64,000 nucleotides of DNA from an uncultured Gemmatimonadales bacterium (GTDB lineage: Bacteria > Gemmatimonadota > Gemmatimonadetes > Longimicrobiales > Gaopeijiaceae), in assembly GCA_963823035.1 (NCBI GenBank), contig CAWGKG010000022.1, positions 32,001-96,000 of the forward strand, in the 5' to 3' direction. Below are positions 1-10,462 of the stretch, in pieces. A model generated the notes under the pieces. The model made no database searches. It saw only the letters and a list, made by a program, of their open reading frames with translations, and was not told where the DNA came from. Every line of letters starts with the position of its first letter. Within the stretch, counting starts at the first letter, position 1. The translations under genes and the position numbers were made by a program.

Positions 1-610
1 GCTCGTCGCGCTCGGCGAGGGTGCCCAGCTCGCGCGCGACCCGCACCACCCGACGCGTGCGCACCGACGGATCCGGACGGCGGCACCGCCTCGTGCGCGA
101 GGATGCCGCGTGCCTCCAACTCCCGGATCTCGGGCCAGATCGAGCCCATCCCGAGCGAGCGAGCGAGCGTCTGCACGCGCTGCGGCCCCGCCTGAGACGC
201 GAGCGCCTCCGCCAGCCGGCGCCCCCGCGGCTTCAGGTCGTCGGGCACGGAGCCGCAGAGCGCGACGTAATCCCGGGACACGTCCGAGAGCACGGCCGGG
301 AGCGCGGCGCGCAGGGCGATGCCCAGCGGCGCCACGTAGTAGTCCGCCATCCAGCGACAGAGGGCCAGGACGTCCTGCGTGACCGTGGGGCGGTCGTCGA
401 GGACGGCGCGCAGGGACTTGAGCCCGCGGATCTCGCCCTCCTGCGCCCGGGCCCGACCACCCACCCGATGCGCTCGCCCCGACGGAAGGGCACGAGCACG
501 CGCGTGCCGGGGGGCGGGGGCACCCCGGACGCGCGGTACGTGAAGGTGTGGAAGATCGGGAGCGGCAGCGCGACCTCGACCCGGGCCGCCCGCTCCGCCG
601 CTCGGCTCAA
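1..610 (-). CDS. priA: Primosomal protein N' (5' part, runs off window; frameshift near 440)
   Basis: VEVALPLPIFHTFTY...GTRVLVPFRRGERIGWVV is the PriA N-terminal DNA-binding domain. TTG start overlaps the upstream stop. Confidence 0.85.
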
Positions 611-1802
611 TCGTCGAGGAAGCGGAAGATCTCCCGCTGGATCTCCTTCGGCGTCACCACGGGGCCCTCGTCGCTCCAGTAGACGTTGATCTCGCTGCGC
701 ACGCCGATGTCGCCCAGGAGGTAGATCCCCGGCTCCACCGAGAAGCCGACGCCCGGGATGATGAGCCGGTCGTCGCGCGTCTCCAGGTTGTCGAGGTTCG
801 GGCCGCTCCCGTGCAGCACGGTGTCGATCGAATGGCCCGTGCGGTGCACGAAGTACTCGCCGTAGCCGCGCTCGGCGATCACCGCACGCGACACGTCGTC
901 CACCTCGAAGCCGCGCACCTCCTCGCCGCGCCTCGAAGCGCTCGTGCAGGAACGCCACGGCCGCGTCGCGCGCGTCGCGCACGGCCTCCCAGATCTCCTG
1001 CGTCCGCGCGTCGATGTCGCCGCCCATCTTCCCCATCCACGTCTGGTCGGCCGGCACCGACCCGGGCTTGCCCGCCCACAGGTCGATGAGCAGCAGCTCC
1101 CCCCGCCCGATCGTCTCGCCGGCTCCGGGAGGCGCGTAGTGCGGATCCGACGCCGTGCGCCCGACCGCCACGATGCAGTCCGGCAGCGAGCTCAGACCCT
1201 TCTCGGTCAGCTCGGACGCGGATCCACTCCGAGAGCGCGCCCTCGTTGGTGGGCGAGCCCTCGCGGATGGCCTCCGCCGCGCGCTCGAAGGCCCGACGCG
1301 CCACGTCCACCAGGATCTCGGCGGCCTCCAGGTGGTCGTCGAGCTGCTCCTTCGTCCACACCGAGTAGAAGCGCGACACCAGGTCGCCGGAGGACGCCGC
1401 CTCCACGCCGGAGCGCAGGATCACCTCGGCCATCCCGGCCGGGAGGTAGTCGAGCGTCGGCACCGCCGCGCCCGGCGAGACCTCCATCGCGAGCCGGCCC
1501 CGCCCTTCGAGCAGCTCGCCGAGCGCCTCCTCCATCTCCCGCCAGCCCGAGTACATCCGCTTGTTCCACGGCCAGTGGCGCCACGACGAGCCCTCGATGG
1601 CGTGGATCAGCGCCTGCGGCTCCCCTTCCCTCGGGATGAGGAAGAACCCGCGCCGCGTGGTCTTCCCCACGTCGAGCATGGCCTTGGCGATCGGGTTGGC
1701 CCCGCGGAACTCGTACAGGAGCCAGCCGTCGAGGTCCTGCTCGCGAAGGGCTTCCTGGACCTGGTGGATGCCGCTCTCGGTGCAAAGAAGGGACTGGGTC
1801 AT
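607..1802 (-). CDS. M24 family Xaa-Pro aminopeptidase (frameshifts near 1210 and 920)
   Basis: Three frames join: LDGWLLYEFRGANP, LLLIDLW...ADQTW, and HRTGHSID...GFSVEPGIY...RSEINV (pita-bread fold metal ligands). Confidence 0.85.
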
Positions 1803-1830
1803 CGGCCTTCGTCTCTCCGTTCGTGGATGG

Positions 1831-2831
1831 TCATTCGGTTTCTTCGGATCCGAAGAGCGGGAGCCCCGCGGTCTCCCGGTCCTTCGCTCCGTCGGGACGG
1901 CGCCCCGTCCCCGCCGGGAGGAGGTGCGCCGTCCCGGATCGGTGGGAGCGCGGCCCCCTCCGACGTCGCGGGAGCGTCGGCCGCCGTCTCCTCGCGCCGG
2001 CGCCACCTCGGCGCGCTTGCGACCCTTGATGAGGTCGAGGCCGAGGATCCGCTCTCGTGTCAGCAGCCGGTGCACCTCGCGCTCGCGTGCCATCACGGCG
2101 CTCACGCCGCCGATGCCCCATCGTGCCCAGGCGCGCCGCAGGATCCCGATCTTCTCGGGGAGCGAGAAGATCTCCGCGAAGTCCGGAAACGGCTTCACGG
2201 CCCGCGGCCGGAACGAGGTCTCCTCGTCCGACCAGTCCTCCGTGTGGAGGGCCTCGACGCCGCAGTCCCTGAGGAGGCGCTTCCACTGCACGAGCATCTG
2301 CGGACGGGCGCCCAGGTGGGCGGAGAGGACGCGCTGGCGCGCCTCGTCCACGGGGGCCTTCCACACGAGCTGGACGAGCACGACCACGCCGCCCGGCTTG
2401 GTCACGCGCACCAGCTCGCGCACGACGTCCGCGGGGTCGGCGTGCGCAGCGATGCCCAGCTCGCCCACGACGACGTCGAAGATCTCGTCGCGATACGGGA
2501 GCGAGTCGTAGCGACCGCTCTGGAACTGGAGCTTGGACGCCAGCCCCTCCTTGCGCGATCGCTCCTCCGCCTCCGCCACCAGGCGTGCGTCGGCCTCGAC
2601 CCCGGACCCGTGCACCCCGTGCTCGCGCACGAAGTACTCGATGGGGATACCCTTACCCGACGCCACGTCCAGGACCTCGTCCCCCTCCGACATCTCCGAG
2701 AGGAGCGCGATCTGGCGATAGAGGTCCACCCCGCCCGGGGGGAAGAGCAGACGGGGGCTCAACCGGATGAGGTCGAGCATGGAAGGAACGGAGGTGGAGC
2801 CCACACCCGTCCCTGGGGGATTCGACGGCAT
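1831..2831 (-). CDS. Class I SAM-dependent methyltransferase (probable frameshift near C-terminus)
   Basis: Motifs VLDVASGKG, LPYRDEIFDVVV and ELVRVTKPGG. The C-terminus probably continues in the frame ending GLPLFGSEETE*. Confidence 0.8.
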
Positions 2832-2902
2832 GGAGGAAAGGTATGGGGCGGAGGGCGGGTGGCAACGATCCCCCGGCCCCACCAACCTGGCGCGGGAGCC
2901 TG

Positions 2903-3409
2903 CTAGAAGACCGGCTCCTCCTCCTCGTCCAGCACCTTGAGGGCGTCCCTCAGGCGTTGCTCGTCGGCCTCGCTCACCTCCTCGGGCGGCGGCGCCGCGT
3001 CGGTCGTGTCGAGGCGGCGACGACGCGCCAGGATCACCCCGACCGTGCCGAGACCGAGCACGAGCACGGCCGGCGGGAGCACCCACGCCCACAGTCCGGC
3101 GCCGGAGCGCAGCGGCTCGGCCCGCCACTCCTCACCGTACTCGGCGATGACCAGCTCCACGATGGAGTCGGCCCTGAGCCCGGCCTCGGCCATGCGCTGG
3201 ATGGAGTCGCGCAGCATGGCTCCACCCTCCGACGTGCACACCTCGAGCATCATGCCCGGGCAGTACGGCGAGCGGATCCGGTCGATCGCGGCCTTCGCCT
3301 CGGGCGCAACCTGCAAGGGTTCGCCGGTGGCGGGTGGGCGCTGGCCGGCGAGGGCCGTCTGGGTGAGCGCGAGGGCCAACAGTGACGCCAGGAATCGTCG
3401 AGTCATCAT
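2903..3409 (-). CDS. ccmH: CcmH/NrfF-like cytochrome c biogenesis protein
   Basis: Signal peptide, IRSPYCPGMMLEVC, A..LRDSI, EYGEEWRAEP, then a TM helix LWAWVLPP. Confidence 0.75.
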   Translation of the reverse strand: MMTRRFLASLLALALTQTALAGQRPPATGEPLQVAPEAKAAIDRIRSPYCPGMMLEVCTSEGGAMLRDSIQRMAEAGLRADSIVELVIAEYGEEWRAEPLRSGAGLWAWVLPPAVLVLGLGTVGVILARRRRLDTTDAAPPPEEVSEADEQRLRDALKVLDEEEEPVF

Positions 3410-3539
3410 TCTTTCGCTCGGGGCCGGCAGGGCCGGCGTAGGGCACCTCTATCCGCGTTGAACCTAACGCATCGCGAGGCCCCCCGGTTCCTCCGCGGGA
3501 GCCCTGCGGGGGCCTCCGACGGAGCGCCGCCGAGGTCGC

Positions 3540-3567
3540 GTTACCTTTTCGCGCTTCCCCCCGTCTT
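3540..3567 (+). promoter_or_regulatory. Candidate ECF-type promoter GTTAC-N17-CGTCTT
   Basis: ECF-like -35/-10 spacing upstream of the first gene of the ECF/CBM48 operon. Confidence 0.4.
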
Positions 3568-3621
3568 GCTTTCGACGCGCATCCACGACGACGTGGACGC
3601 CCACTCGATCGGAGACGAATC

Positions 3622-4665
3622 ATGAAGCTGTCGCGATCCCTACGGATGCTCCCCCTGGCGGGAGCCCTCGCCCTGGCGGCGTGCGACGCCACCCAGACCA
3701 CGGACCCCTTCGCGGACGACGCGACCCTCGCCCAGGAAGACGAGCTCGCCCTCGACGTCCTCGCCGACGTCGGGTCGATGGACGTGGCGCTCGACGTCGC
3801 GGGCGTGCCCGTCGCGGTCGGGCATCGACGCGGAATGGCCCGCGGCCCCTTCGCCGAGGCGCAGGGGGACCTGCTCCGCGCCCGACTCCTCTTCCAGGAG
3901 GCGCGCGACGCGCTGGCCCGTGGCGATCGCATCCGGGCGGCCGACCGCACGCGGGAGGCACGCACCCTCCTCGCCGGCGCGGTGTTCGCCGCCGGAGGCG
4001 CCCGCGGGGCCATGGCCATGGTCCAGCGCGCCGAGGGGCTCGCCGACGACGTGGGCGCCGATCCGTCCGCCTACGACGACGCCAATGGCCTCCAGGGCGA
4101 GCTGAACATGCTGGCCCTGCGGCTGCGCGCCCGCCTCCACGCCGGTGACAGCGTGGGTGCGGTCGAGCGCGCCATCCTCGCGGAGCAGCGGCACCGTCAG
4201 CGGCACCGGGACCCCGGACTGTGGCCGGGCGGGGCGGAGATCTACGTCCAGCTGGGCGGCACGGCGGTCTCGCTCGCGACCCGGCTCCTCGACGAGCAGA
4301 ATCCGGTCGACGAGCAACTCCGCTTCCTGGACGAGGCGAAGGAGTACCAGCGTGAGGCCGAAGCGGCGTACGCCGACGGCGACTACCGCCGTGCGGCCCA
4401 TCTGGCCGACCTGGCGATCTGGACGTCGCTCCAGGCTGTGGTCCTCCCCGACGTGACCGAAGAGGAGGCCCGTGCGATGCTCGAGCTGGCCACGTCCCAG
4501 TACGAGGCAGCCCTCGCGACGGCTCCCGAAGGCGACGAGGCCACGCTCCTCGAGCGGGCTCGCCTCCTCCTGGAGAAGGGCGGGACGATGTTGGAGGCGG
4601 GCGCACCCCGGGGCGTCGGGGCCCTCTGGCGGTCCGCGGTCGTCAGCACCTGGGTGATCGGCTGA
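3622..4665 (+). CDS. Alpha-helical lipoprotein of unknown function
   Basis: Lipobox LALAAC, GGAG RBS, Ala-rich helical repeats. Confidence 0.75.
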   Translation: MKLSRSLRMLPLAGALALAACDATQTTDPFADDATLAQEDELALDVLADVGSMDVALDVAGVPVAVGHRRGMARGPFAEAQGDLLRARLLFQEARDALARGDRIRAADRTREARTLLAGAVFAAGGARGAMAMVQRAEGLADDVGADPSAYDDANGLQGELNMLALRLRARLHAGDSVGAVERAILAEQRHRQRHRDPGLWPGGAEIYVQLGGTAVSLATRLLDEQNPVDEQLRFLDEAKEYQREAEAAYADGDYRRAAHLADLAIWTSLQAVVLPDVTEEEARAMLELATSQYEAALATAPEGDEATLLERARLLLEKGGTMLEAGAPRGVGALWRSAVVSTWVIG

Positions 4666-4677
4666 GCGGACGGACCC

Positions 4678-4703
4678 GGCCGCGCCCCCGCGGGGGCGCG
4701 GCC
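4678..4703. repeat. Perfect 26-bp palindrome / hairpin
   Basis: GGCCGCGCCCCCG|CGGGGGCGCGGCC between the lipoprotein and the sigma gene. Confidence 0.7.
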
Positions 4704-4729
4704 CACCCGTCTCCGCCTCCCCTCCGACC

Positions 4730-5305
4730 GTGGACAGGACCTATGTTCCGGACATGGCCCCACCGGCCGAACGCACCGACGCGCAGGTGGTCCGCGACGT
4801 ACTCGCCGGGGACCGCGATGCGTACCGCCTCCTGGTTCGGCGGTACGGCAGCGTTCTGCATGCGCATGCTCTGCGCATGGCGGGCGGCCAGGACACCGCG
4901 GCGGACCTGGTGCAGCGGGCGTTCGTGCAGGGCTACCGGAAGCTGGCCTCGTGCCGCGATCCCGAACGGGTCGGCGCGTGGTTGTTCAGGATCCTCGCCA
5001 ACCTGGCGCGCGATCACGTGCGCAGCCCACGCCGGAGGGACGTGCCCCTCCAGGCGCTCCCCGAGATCCCGACGTCCCGCGAGGGACCGGAGGACGCCGC
5101 GGCGCACGCCGAGGCCCGCCATCGCATCCGGATCGCCCTCCGGCAACTCACGCCGGAGCAGAAGGAGGCGTTCGTGCTCAAGCACGTCGAAGGTCGTTCC
5201 TACGAGGAGATCGCCGCCGTCATGGACCTCTCGGTGGCGGCGCTGAAGATGCGGGTCCATCGGGCGCGGGAAGCGCTCCAGGGCCTGCTCAAGGAGTTCG
5301 CATGA
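4730..5305 (+). CDS. ECF RNA polymerase sigma-70 factor
   Basis: Region 2 (DLVQRAFVQGY...AWLFRILANLARD) and region 4 (SYEEIAAVMD...ALKMRVHRAR). Confidence 0.93.
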   Translation: MDRTYVPDMAPPAERTDAQVVRDVLAGDRDAYRLLVRRYGSVLHAHALRMAGGQDTAADLVQRAFVQGYRKLASCRDPERVGAWLFRILANLARDHVRSPRRRDVPLQALPEIPTSREGPEDAAAHAEARHRIRIALRQLTPEQKEAFVLKHVEGRSYEEIAAVMDLSVAALKMRVHRAREALQGLLKEFA

Positions 5306-5925
5306 ACGACGACATCCGCCGCTATCTCGACGACGAGATCGCGCTCGGCGACCTGCCGGAGGACGCCCGCGCCGAAGCGGAGGCCTGGGACCGCCTGGTG
5401 GGCGCCTTCCGGACCGACGCCCCCGGGGCACCCGCGCCCCCGTGGCTCGAGGACCGCGTCATGGCGGAGATCGAGGCGCTGCCCGAGGCCGGCTGGCTGT
5501 CGCGCTCGCTCGCCTGGTGGCTGCGACCCCGCCCCATCCGCGTGCCGCCGCTGGCGGCCGGACTCGCCTTCGCGGCGCTCGCCACGCTGGCCCTGTGGGC
5601 GAGCCGCGGTCGTGCGCCGACCGGCGCGCCGACAGGGAGCGCGGGCCAGGCCGTGGTCTACGTCCAGTTCGAGCTGACGGCGCCGGGCGCCCGCTCGGTC
5701 GCGGTGGGCGGGGACTTCGACGGATGGAGCGGGTCGAACCCGCTGGAGGATCCGGACGGGGACGGGGTGTGGACCGGTCGCGTGGCGGTCCAGCCCGGCC
5801 TGCACACCTACATGTTCCTCGTCGACGGCGCCGACTGGGTCACCGACCCCGAGGCGAACCGCTACACCGACGACGGCTTCGGGAACCGGAACGCGGTGCT
5901 GGCCGTGGCGGCCCCGGCCACATGA
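5302..5925 (+). CDS. Putative anti-sigma factor with C-terminal AMPK-beta-like glycogen-binding (CBM48) domain
   Basis: ATGA overlap with the sigma gene, short cytoplasmic N-terminus, one TM helix, then APGARSVAVGGDFDGW...GVW...HTYMFLVDG.WVTDP...DDGFGNRNAVL. Confidence 0.85.
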   Translation: MNDDIRRYLDDEIALGDLPEDARAEAEAWDRLVGAFRTDAPGAPAPPWLEDRVMAEIEALPEAGWLSRSLAWWLRPRPIRVPPLAAGLAFAALATLALWASRGRAPTGAPTGSAGQAVVYVQFELTAPGARSVAVGGDFDGWSGSNPLEDPDGDGVWTGRVAVQPGLHTYMFLVDGADWVTDPEANRYTDDGFGNRNAVLAVAAPAT

Positions 5926-7110
5926 GAGCCATGACCGGCGCGGCGATCCTCCTGGCCCTCACGCGGGCGGGCACGGCCCCGCTGGCCGCCCAGACGTCGG
6001 AGCTGAGCGTCGAGGTGGGCGGCTCGCGCGTCGTGCCCCCGACCGAGGTGGAGGGAGGCGCGGCGGGCTTCTTCGTCGCGGGGCTCCGCGGGAGCCGGTT
6101 CGGCTTCGGCGGCTCGGGCGGGTGGGCGTCACTCCTGGTGGGTCGCGCCCTCGACGCCGGGACCGGCGGCGACTTCATCTCCGCCGAGGTGGGCGGCTCG
6201 CTCCGGCGCGACCTCTCCGGGGGGCTCTCGACCGACCTGGAGGCGCGGGTGTTCGGCTTCCGCGTCGACGACCCCTTCGGGTATCAGGCAGGCGCGCGTG
6301 GAGGGCTCCGCCTCCCTCCGCTATCGCCGCAGCCGGCTGAGCGCGCGCGTCGCCGGGGTGGGTGGGGTGGGCCGCTCGAAGGTCACGATCTCGACGGTGG
6401 TGCAGCGGCTCAGGCGGCGCGCCATGGTCGTCGAGGTGCTGGAGGACGACCTCTGGCGCTGGGGCGGCACCGCCGAGGTGCTCGTGGGTGGCACGCCGGT
6501 GGCAGCGGGCGTGACGGGCGGGTGGCACCGCTCCGCCGGCGGCAGCTACCGCTCCGCCGGGCTGCGCCTGGTGGCCGGTGGGGCGCGGGGCGCGCTGGAG
6601 GCGCGGCTCGACGCCTGGAGCACGCCGACGGGCGGCGAGACCACGGGAGGCATCGCCTTCTACCTCCCCTGGGGCGGATGGAGCGCACGCGGCGTCGCCG
6701 GCCGGCCCGAGCCCGACCCCCTCCTCCTCGCCGAGCCCGGGCAGGGCGCCGAGGGCGTGCTCTTCGGTCGGAGGATCCTCGGGGGCGACGGGGCGCCCGG
6801 AGCGCGAGGCACGCTGTACCGTCTGGAGGACGAAGGCCCTGCGGGAGCGCGCGTGCGCTTCCGGGTGGAGGCCCCCGAAGGTGCACGGAGCGTGCAGGTC
6901 CTCGGGGACTTCACGCTGTGGGAGCCCGTGTCGATGGAGGCCGACGGGTCGCAGTGGATGGTGGAGATGGACGTTCCAGCCGGCACCCATCACTTCGGGT
7001 TCCTGGTGGACGGAAGCTGGTACCTGCCGGACGACGCGCCGGACGCGGTCCCCGACGAGTGGGGACGCCGGAGCGCCACGTTGATCGTCGAAGGTGGAGC
7101 CGGGTCGTGA
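5922..7110 (+). CDS. Secreted beta-strand-rich (probable OM barrel) protein with C-terminal CBM48 domain (frameshift near 6295)
   Basis: Signal peptide (PLAAQ), amphipathic Gly-rich strands, then APEGARSVQVLGDFTLW...GTHHFGFLVDGSW...DEWGRRSATL. ATGA overlap. Confidence 0.75.
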
Positions 7111-7149
7111 GCCGCACGTGCCCACGCACCCGCAAGGAGCTGAAGAGCC

Positions 7150-7812
7150 ATGAGACCGCGCATCACGATGATCACGCTCGCCGTCCTGACCCTGGGCGCC
7201 GGGAGCCTCGGTGCCCAGGAGACGCCGCGGGCGCGGGCGCAGCAGATCCTGCCCGCGGAGGTGTTCCGCCAGGTGGACGAGATGGCCGGCGTCGCCGCGC
7301 AGGACGGGATCCCGGGGGACATCCTCTTCAACAAGGCTCTCGAGGGAGCGGCGAAAGGCGTCCCGACCGACCGCCTCCCCCCCGCCGTGCAGGCCTACGC
7401 CCTGCGCCTGCGCGAAGCCCGCATGGCGTTCGGCCCGGAGGTCCAGGGACCGATGCTCGTGGCCGGCGCGGACGCCCTGCAGCGAGGGGTGGGGGTGGAC
7501 CTCCTGCGGGGGCTCGGGCGTGAGCGGGAGCGATCCCCGATCGCCGTGCTCGTGCTCGCCGACCTGGTCGAGAGCGGCGTCGCCAACGACCACGCGCTGG
7601 CGCTCGTCCGCGAGGCCATGCAGCGCCGTGCCCGCGAGCAGCAGATGCTGGACATGCCCGCGCAGGTGCGCCGGCTCATGCGGCAGGGGATGTCCGCGGC
7701 GGACGCGGTGGAGCAGGTGCGACGCGCGCTGCAGCGTGGCCGGGGCGGCGGGCCGACCCCACCCGTCGCCCCCGGTTCGGAGCCGACGACGCGGACGCGT
7801 CGCGGGGGCTAG
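7150..7812 (+). CDS. Secreted alpha-helical hypothetical protein
   Basis: AAGGAG RBS, signal peptide (SLGAQ), NKALEGAAKGVP motif. Confidence 0.75.
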   Translation: MRPRITMITLAVLTLGAGSLGAQETPRARAQQILPAEVFRQVDEMAGVAAQDGIPGDILFNKALEGAAKGVPTDRLPPAVQAYALRLREARMAFGPEVQGPMLVAGADALQRGVGVDLLRGLGRERERSPIAVLVLADLVESGVANDHALALVREAMQRRAREQQMLDMPAQVRRLMRQGMSAADAVEQVRRALQRGRGGGPTPPVAPGSEPTTRTRRGG

Positions 7813-8444
7813 CCCTGGACGGCCACGTCGAAGGAGAACCCGCACACGGTGCCGCGCGTGGTCTCCGTGGCCTGATCCGCGTCGACCGCGACGAGGACGT
7901 CCACGTCGCAGCGCCCGCTCCGTCCGTCGTCCGTGGTGAAGGCCAGGCCGCCCTGCACGCTCACTGACTGCGTGCCCAGCGGCTGGTTGGCGAGGGCGGC
8001 CGCGTGGATCGTCGTGGTGACGTCGGGATCGCCGGTCACCGCCACGCGCGTGCTCCCCGCGAGGAAGACGCACGCCTGATGAACGTCCGTGGCCGTGATG
8101 TCGACCACGGCCAGCTCGGTGGCCGCGTCGGTCTCGACGCCGATCTGCCCCGAGGAGTGCACGGACCCACCGAGGATACACGGCCGCGTCAGGTCGTACG
8201 TGACCGAGACGGTCTGGCTCGCCAGGGGACCGGACGTGGCCGAAGGGGCGGAGGCAGCGCCCTGGTCACGCCCGAACGCGAGCGACTCCATGCCCAGCTG
8301 AGCGGCGAGCGCGAGGGCCTCCGCCCGGGTGAGCTCCCCCTGACCCTCGGGATCGGTCGGGGTGTCGCTGCAGGCGGGCGCGAGCGCGGTGAGGGTGACG
8401 AGCGGAATCGACTTGAGGAGAAGCCTCGGGTTCGGACGGTCCAC
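7809..8444 (-). CDS. Hypothetical lipoprotein
   Basis: GTG start after AGGAGAG, lipobox LAPAC, beta-rich domain with four Cys. Confidence 0.7.
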   Translation of the reverse strand: MDRPNPRLLLKSIPLVTLTALAPACSDTPTDPEGQGELTRAEALALAAQLGMESLAFGRDQGAASAPSATSGPLASQTVSVTYDLTRPCILGGSVHSSGQIGVETDAATELAVVDITATDVHQACVFLAGSTRVAVTGDPDVTTTIHAAALANQPLGTQSVSVQGGLAFTTDDGRSGRCDVDVLVAVDADQATETTRGTVCGFSFDVAVQG

Positions 8445-8730
8445 GCTTCTCTCCTGTCCGGATATCGGGCTGGGTCGGGTAGGTGGTCCCGGAGCCGATC
8501 GCATCGGGTGCGGGAGGGCAGGCTCCGTCCTGTGAAAACCACCCGACGCCGGCGTTGTTCCGCGTGCACCGTGGCGCGACCGAACCCTTCGCGACGCCGT
8601 GAGCCCCCGGCGAACGACCTCCGGTAACACCCCACGAGGCCGGGCGGCTCCGAGGCGCAGGCCGAACACCAACAGACCCTGGCCGGGCCCACTTCCACGG
8701 CCCGGATCCCGCTTTCGAGGAGGTCCAGTC

Positions 8731-9486
8731 ATGTTCACGCAGCATCCAGGCACCGAGGGGAACGGGGGCCCCGCCCCCCGGGCGAGGGCCGCGCATCGCG
8801 AGATCCTCCGTCACCTGTCGGGTGCGGCCCTGCTCGCGGTCGGTCTCGGCGCCGGCGCCGCCGGCCTCGCGGCCCAGGCGCCGCTCGGCGTGCCGTACAT
8901 CGGCGACAACCATCTCAGCTTCTATTCCACGGAACTGACCACGGACGGGATCGGCACCGGCACGTCCTCGCTGTACGGAGGCCGCTACGGACACCGGTTC
9001 GGCCAGGCGGAGGACGCGACGCGCTTCTCCCTCCTGGGCCAGGTGGCCGGGCGGGAGCGGCAGGACCCTCGCGGCGGCATCCTGGACGTGTCCCTGTCCG
9101 CCGGCTGGACCCGACGCTGGGACGAGCTCGACAGCCGCCTTTCCACCACGGCCGCCGTGGGGATGAGCGCGCTGGTCTGGGCGGAGGACGAGCCCGACAC
9201 CGGCCTGGCGCGGCTCAGCCTCCCGCTGACCGTCGGCGTCGGCTACGACCTGCACATCGGCGGCGCCACGGTGACCCCGTTCGTCGCACCGGGGATCGCG
9301 CGCTACAATGCGCGCCGCTACGTGGACAACGTGCGCGTGACCACCGACGAAGGATGGGACGCGCGCTTCACGGCCGGGACGTCCCTCCGGCTCAAGGAGC
9401 TGGTGCTCACGACCAGTCGGATCCGCGGGGAGCAGGGTCTTCCCAACCGCAGCCGCTGGGCCTTCGCCGCGGGGATCTCCTTCTGA
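8731..9486 (+). CDS. Probable outer-membrane beta-barrel protein
   Basis: GAGGAGG RBS, signal peptide, alternating strands, C-terminal AAGISF (BAM-type terminal Phe). Confidence 0.7.
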   Translation: MFTQHPGTEGNGGPAPRARAAHREILRHLSGAALLAVGLGAGAAGLAAQAPLGVPYIGDNHLSFYSTELTTDGIGTGTSSLYGGRYGHRFGQAEDATRFSLLGQVAGRERQDPRGGILDVSLSAGWTRRWDELDSRLSTTAAVGMSALVWAEDEPDTGLARLSLPLTVGVGYDLHIGGATVTPFVAPGIARYNARRYVDNVRVTTDEGWDARFTAGTSLRLKELVLTTSRIRGEQGLPNRSRWAFAAGISF

Positions 9487-9566
9487 CCCGCGTGGTATCG
9501 GCGGGCCGCATCGTCGAGGGTGGCGGTGCGGCCCGCGCGGTGTCCTCCCCCTCACCGGACGCGACC

Positions 9567-10415
9567 ATGGAGACCCTCGAGCACGACGGATGCCGGCTCT
9601 CCTTCCGCGTCGAGGGCGAGGGCCCACCGGTCCTCCTCATCCAGGGCGTGGGGCTGCACGGAGACGGTTGGCGGCCCCAGGTCGAGGGGCTCTCCGACCG
9701 CTACGCCTGCCTGACGTTCGACAACCGCGGGATGGCGGCTCAGCCAGCCGCTGGGCGTGGGCGTGCTGAACGTCCCGCGCATGGCGGAGGACGCCCGCGC
9801 GCTCATGGACGCACAGGGATGGCAGGACTGCCACGTGGTCGGTCACTCCATGGGTGGTCACGTGGCCACGGCGCTCGCGCTGGCCCTCCCGCATCGTGTC
9901 CGCAGCCTCTCGCTCCTGTGCACGTCGGCGCGGGGGAGGGACATGCCCCCCATCACCGCCTCCTTCCTCTGGACGACGCTCCGATCGCGGCTCGGCCCCC
10001 GCCGCCGCAGGCGCCAGCATTCCTCGAGATCGTGCTCCCGAAGGAGCTGCGCGAACGCGAGGACCTGGATGCGTGGGGCCGTGAGCTGGAGCCGATCTTC
10101 GGGCACGACCTGGCGGACACACCGCCCATCGTCATGAAGCAGGTCTCCGCCTACCGCGCCTACGATGCGACGCCTCGGCTGCAGGAACTGGCCGGCGTCG
10201 CCACGCTCGTCGTGAGCGCCACGGAGGATCCGCTCGCTCCCCCGCCGCTCGGCCGCGCGCTGGCCGCGGGCATCCCGGGCGCCCGCTACCACGAGGTGCC
10301 GGGCGCGTCCCACGGCGTGACGATCACCCATGCCGCGGAGGTGAACGATCTCCTCGGTGCATGGTTCGCGGAAGCCGACGAGCTACGAAGCGTCACCGGG
10401 GGTCCCGCCCGCTGA
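9567..10415 (+). CDS. Alpha/beta fold hydrolase (two frameshifts)
   Basis: GPPVLLIQG...FDNRG, GHSMGG nucleophile elbow, catalytic D and H (ASHG). Confidence 0.85.
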   Translation: METLEHDGCRLSFRVEGEGPPVLLIQGVGLHGDGWRPQVEGLSDRYACLTFDNRGMAAQPAAGRGRAERPAHGGGRPRAHGRTGMAGLPRGRSLHGWSRGHGARAGPPASCPQPLAPVHVGAGEGHAPHHRLLPLDDAPIAARPPPPQAPAFLEIVLPKELREREDLDAWGRELEPIFGHDLADTPPIVMKQVSAYRAYDATPRLQELAGVATLVVSATEDPLAPPPLGRALAAGIPGARYHEVPGASHGVTITHAAEVNDLLGAWFAEADELRSVTGGPAR

Positions 10416-10462
10416 AGCCATGTGCCCGCCTTCGAACCGTTCTGGCTCGTGGGGGATACCCG

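Noticed and set aside
879..3128. Apparent methyltransferase-M24 peptidase fusion ORF
   Set aside because: The junction is low-complexity off-frame sequence. An alternative stop at 1831 and an RBS/ATG at 1802 indicate two genes plus an indel.
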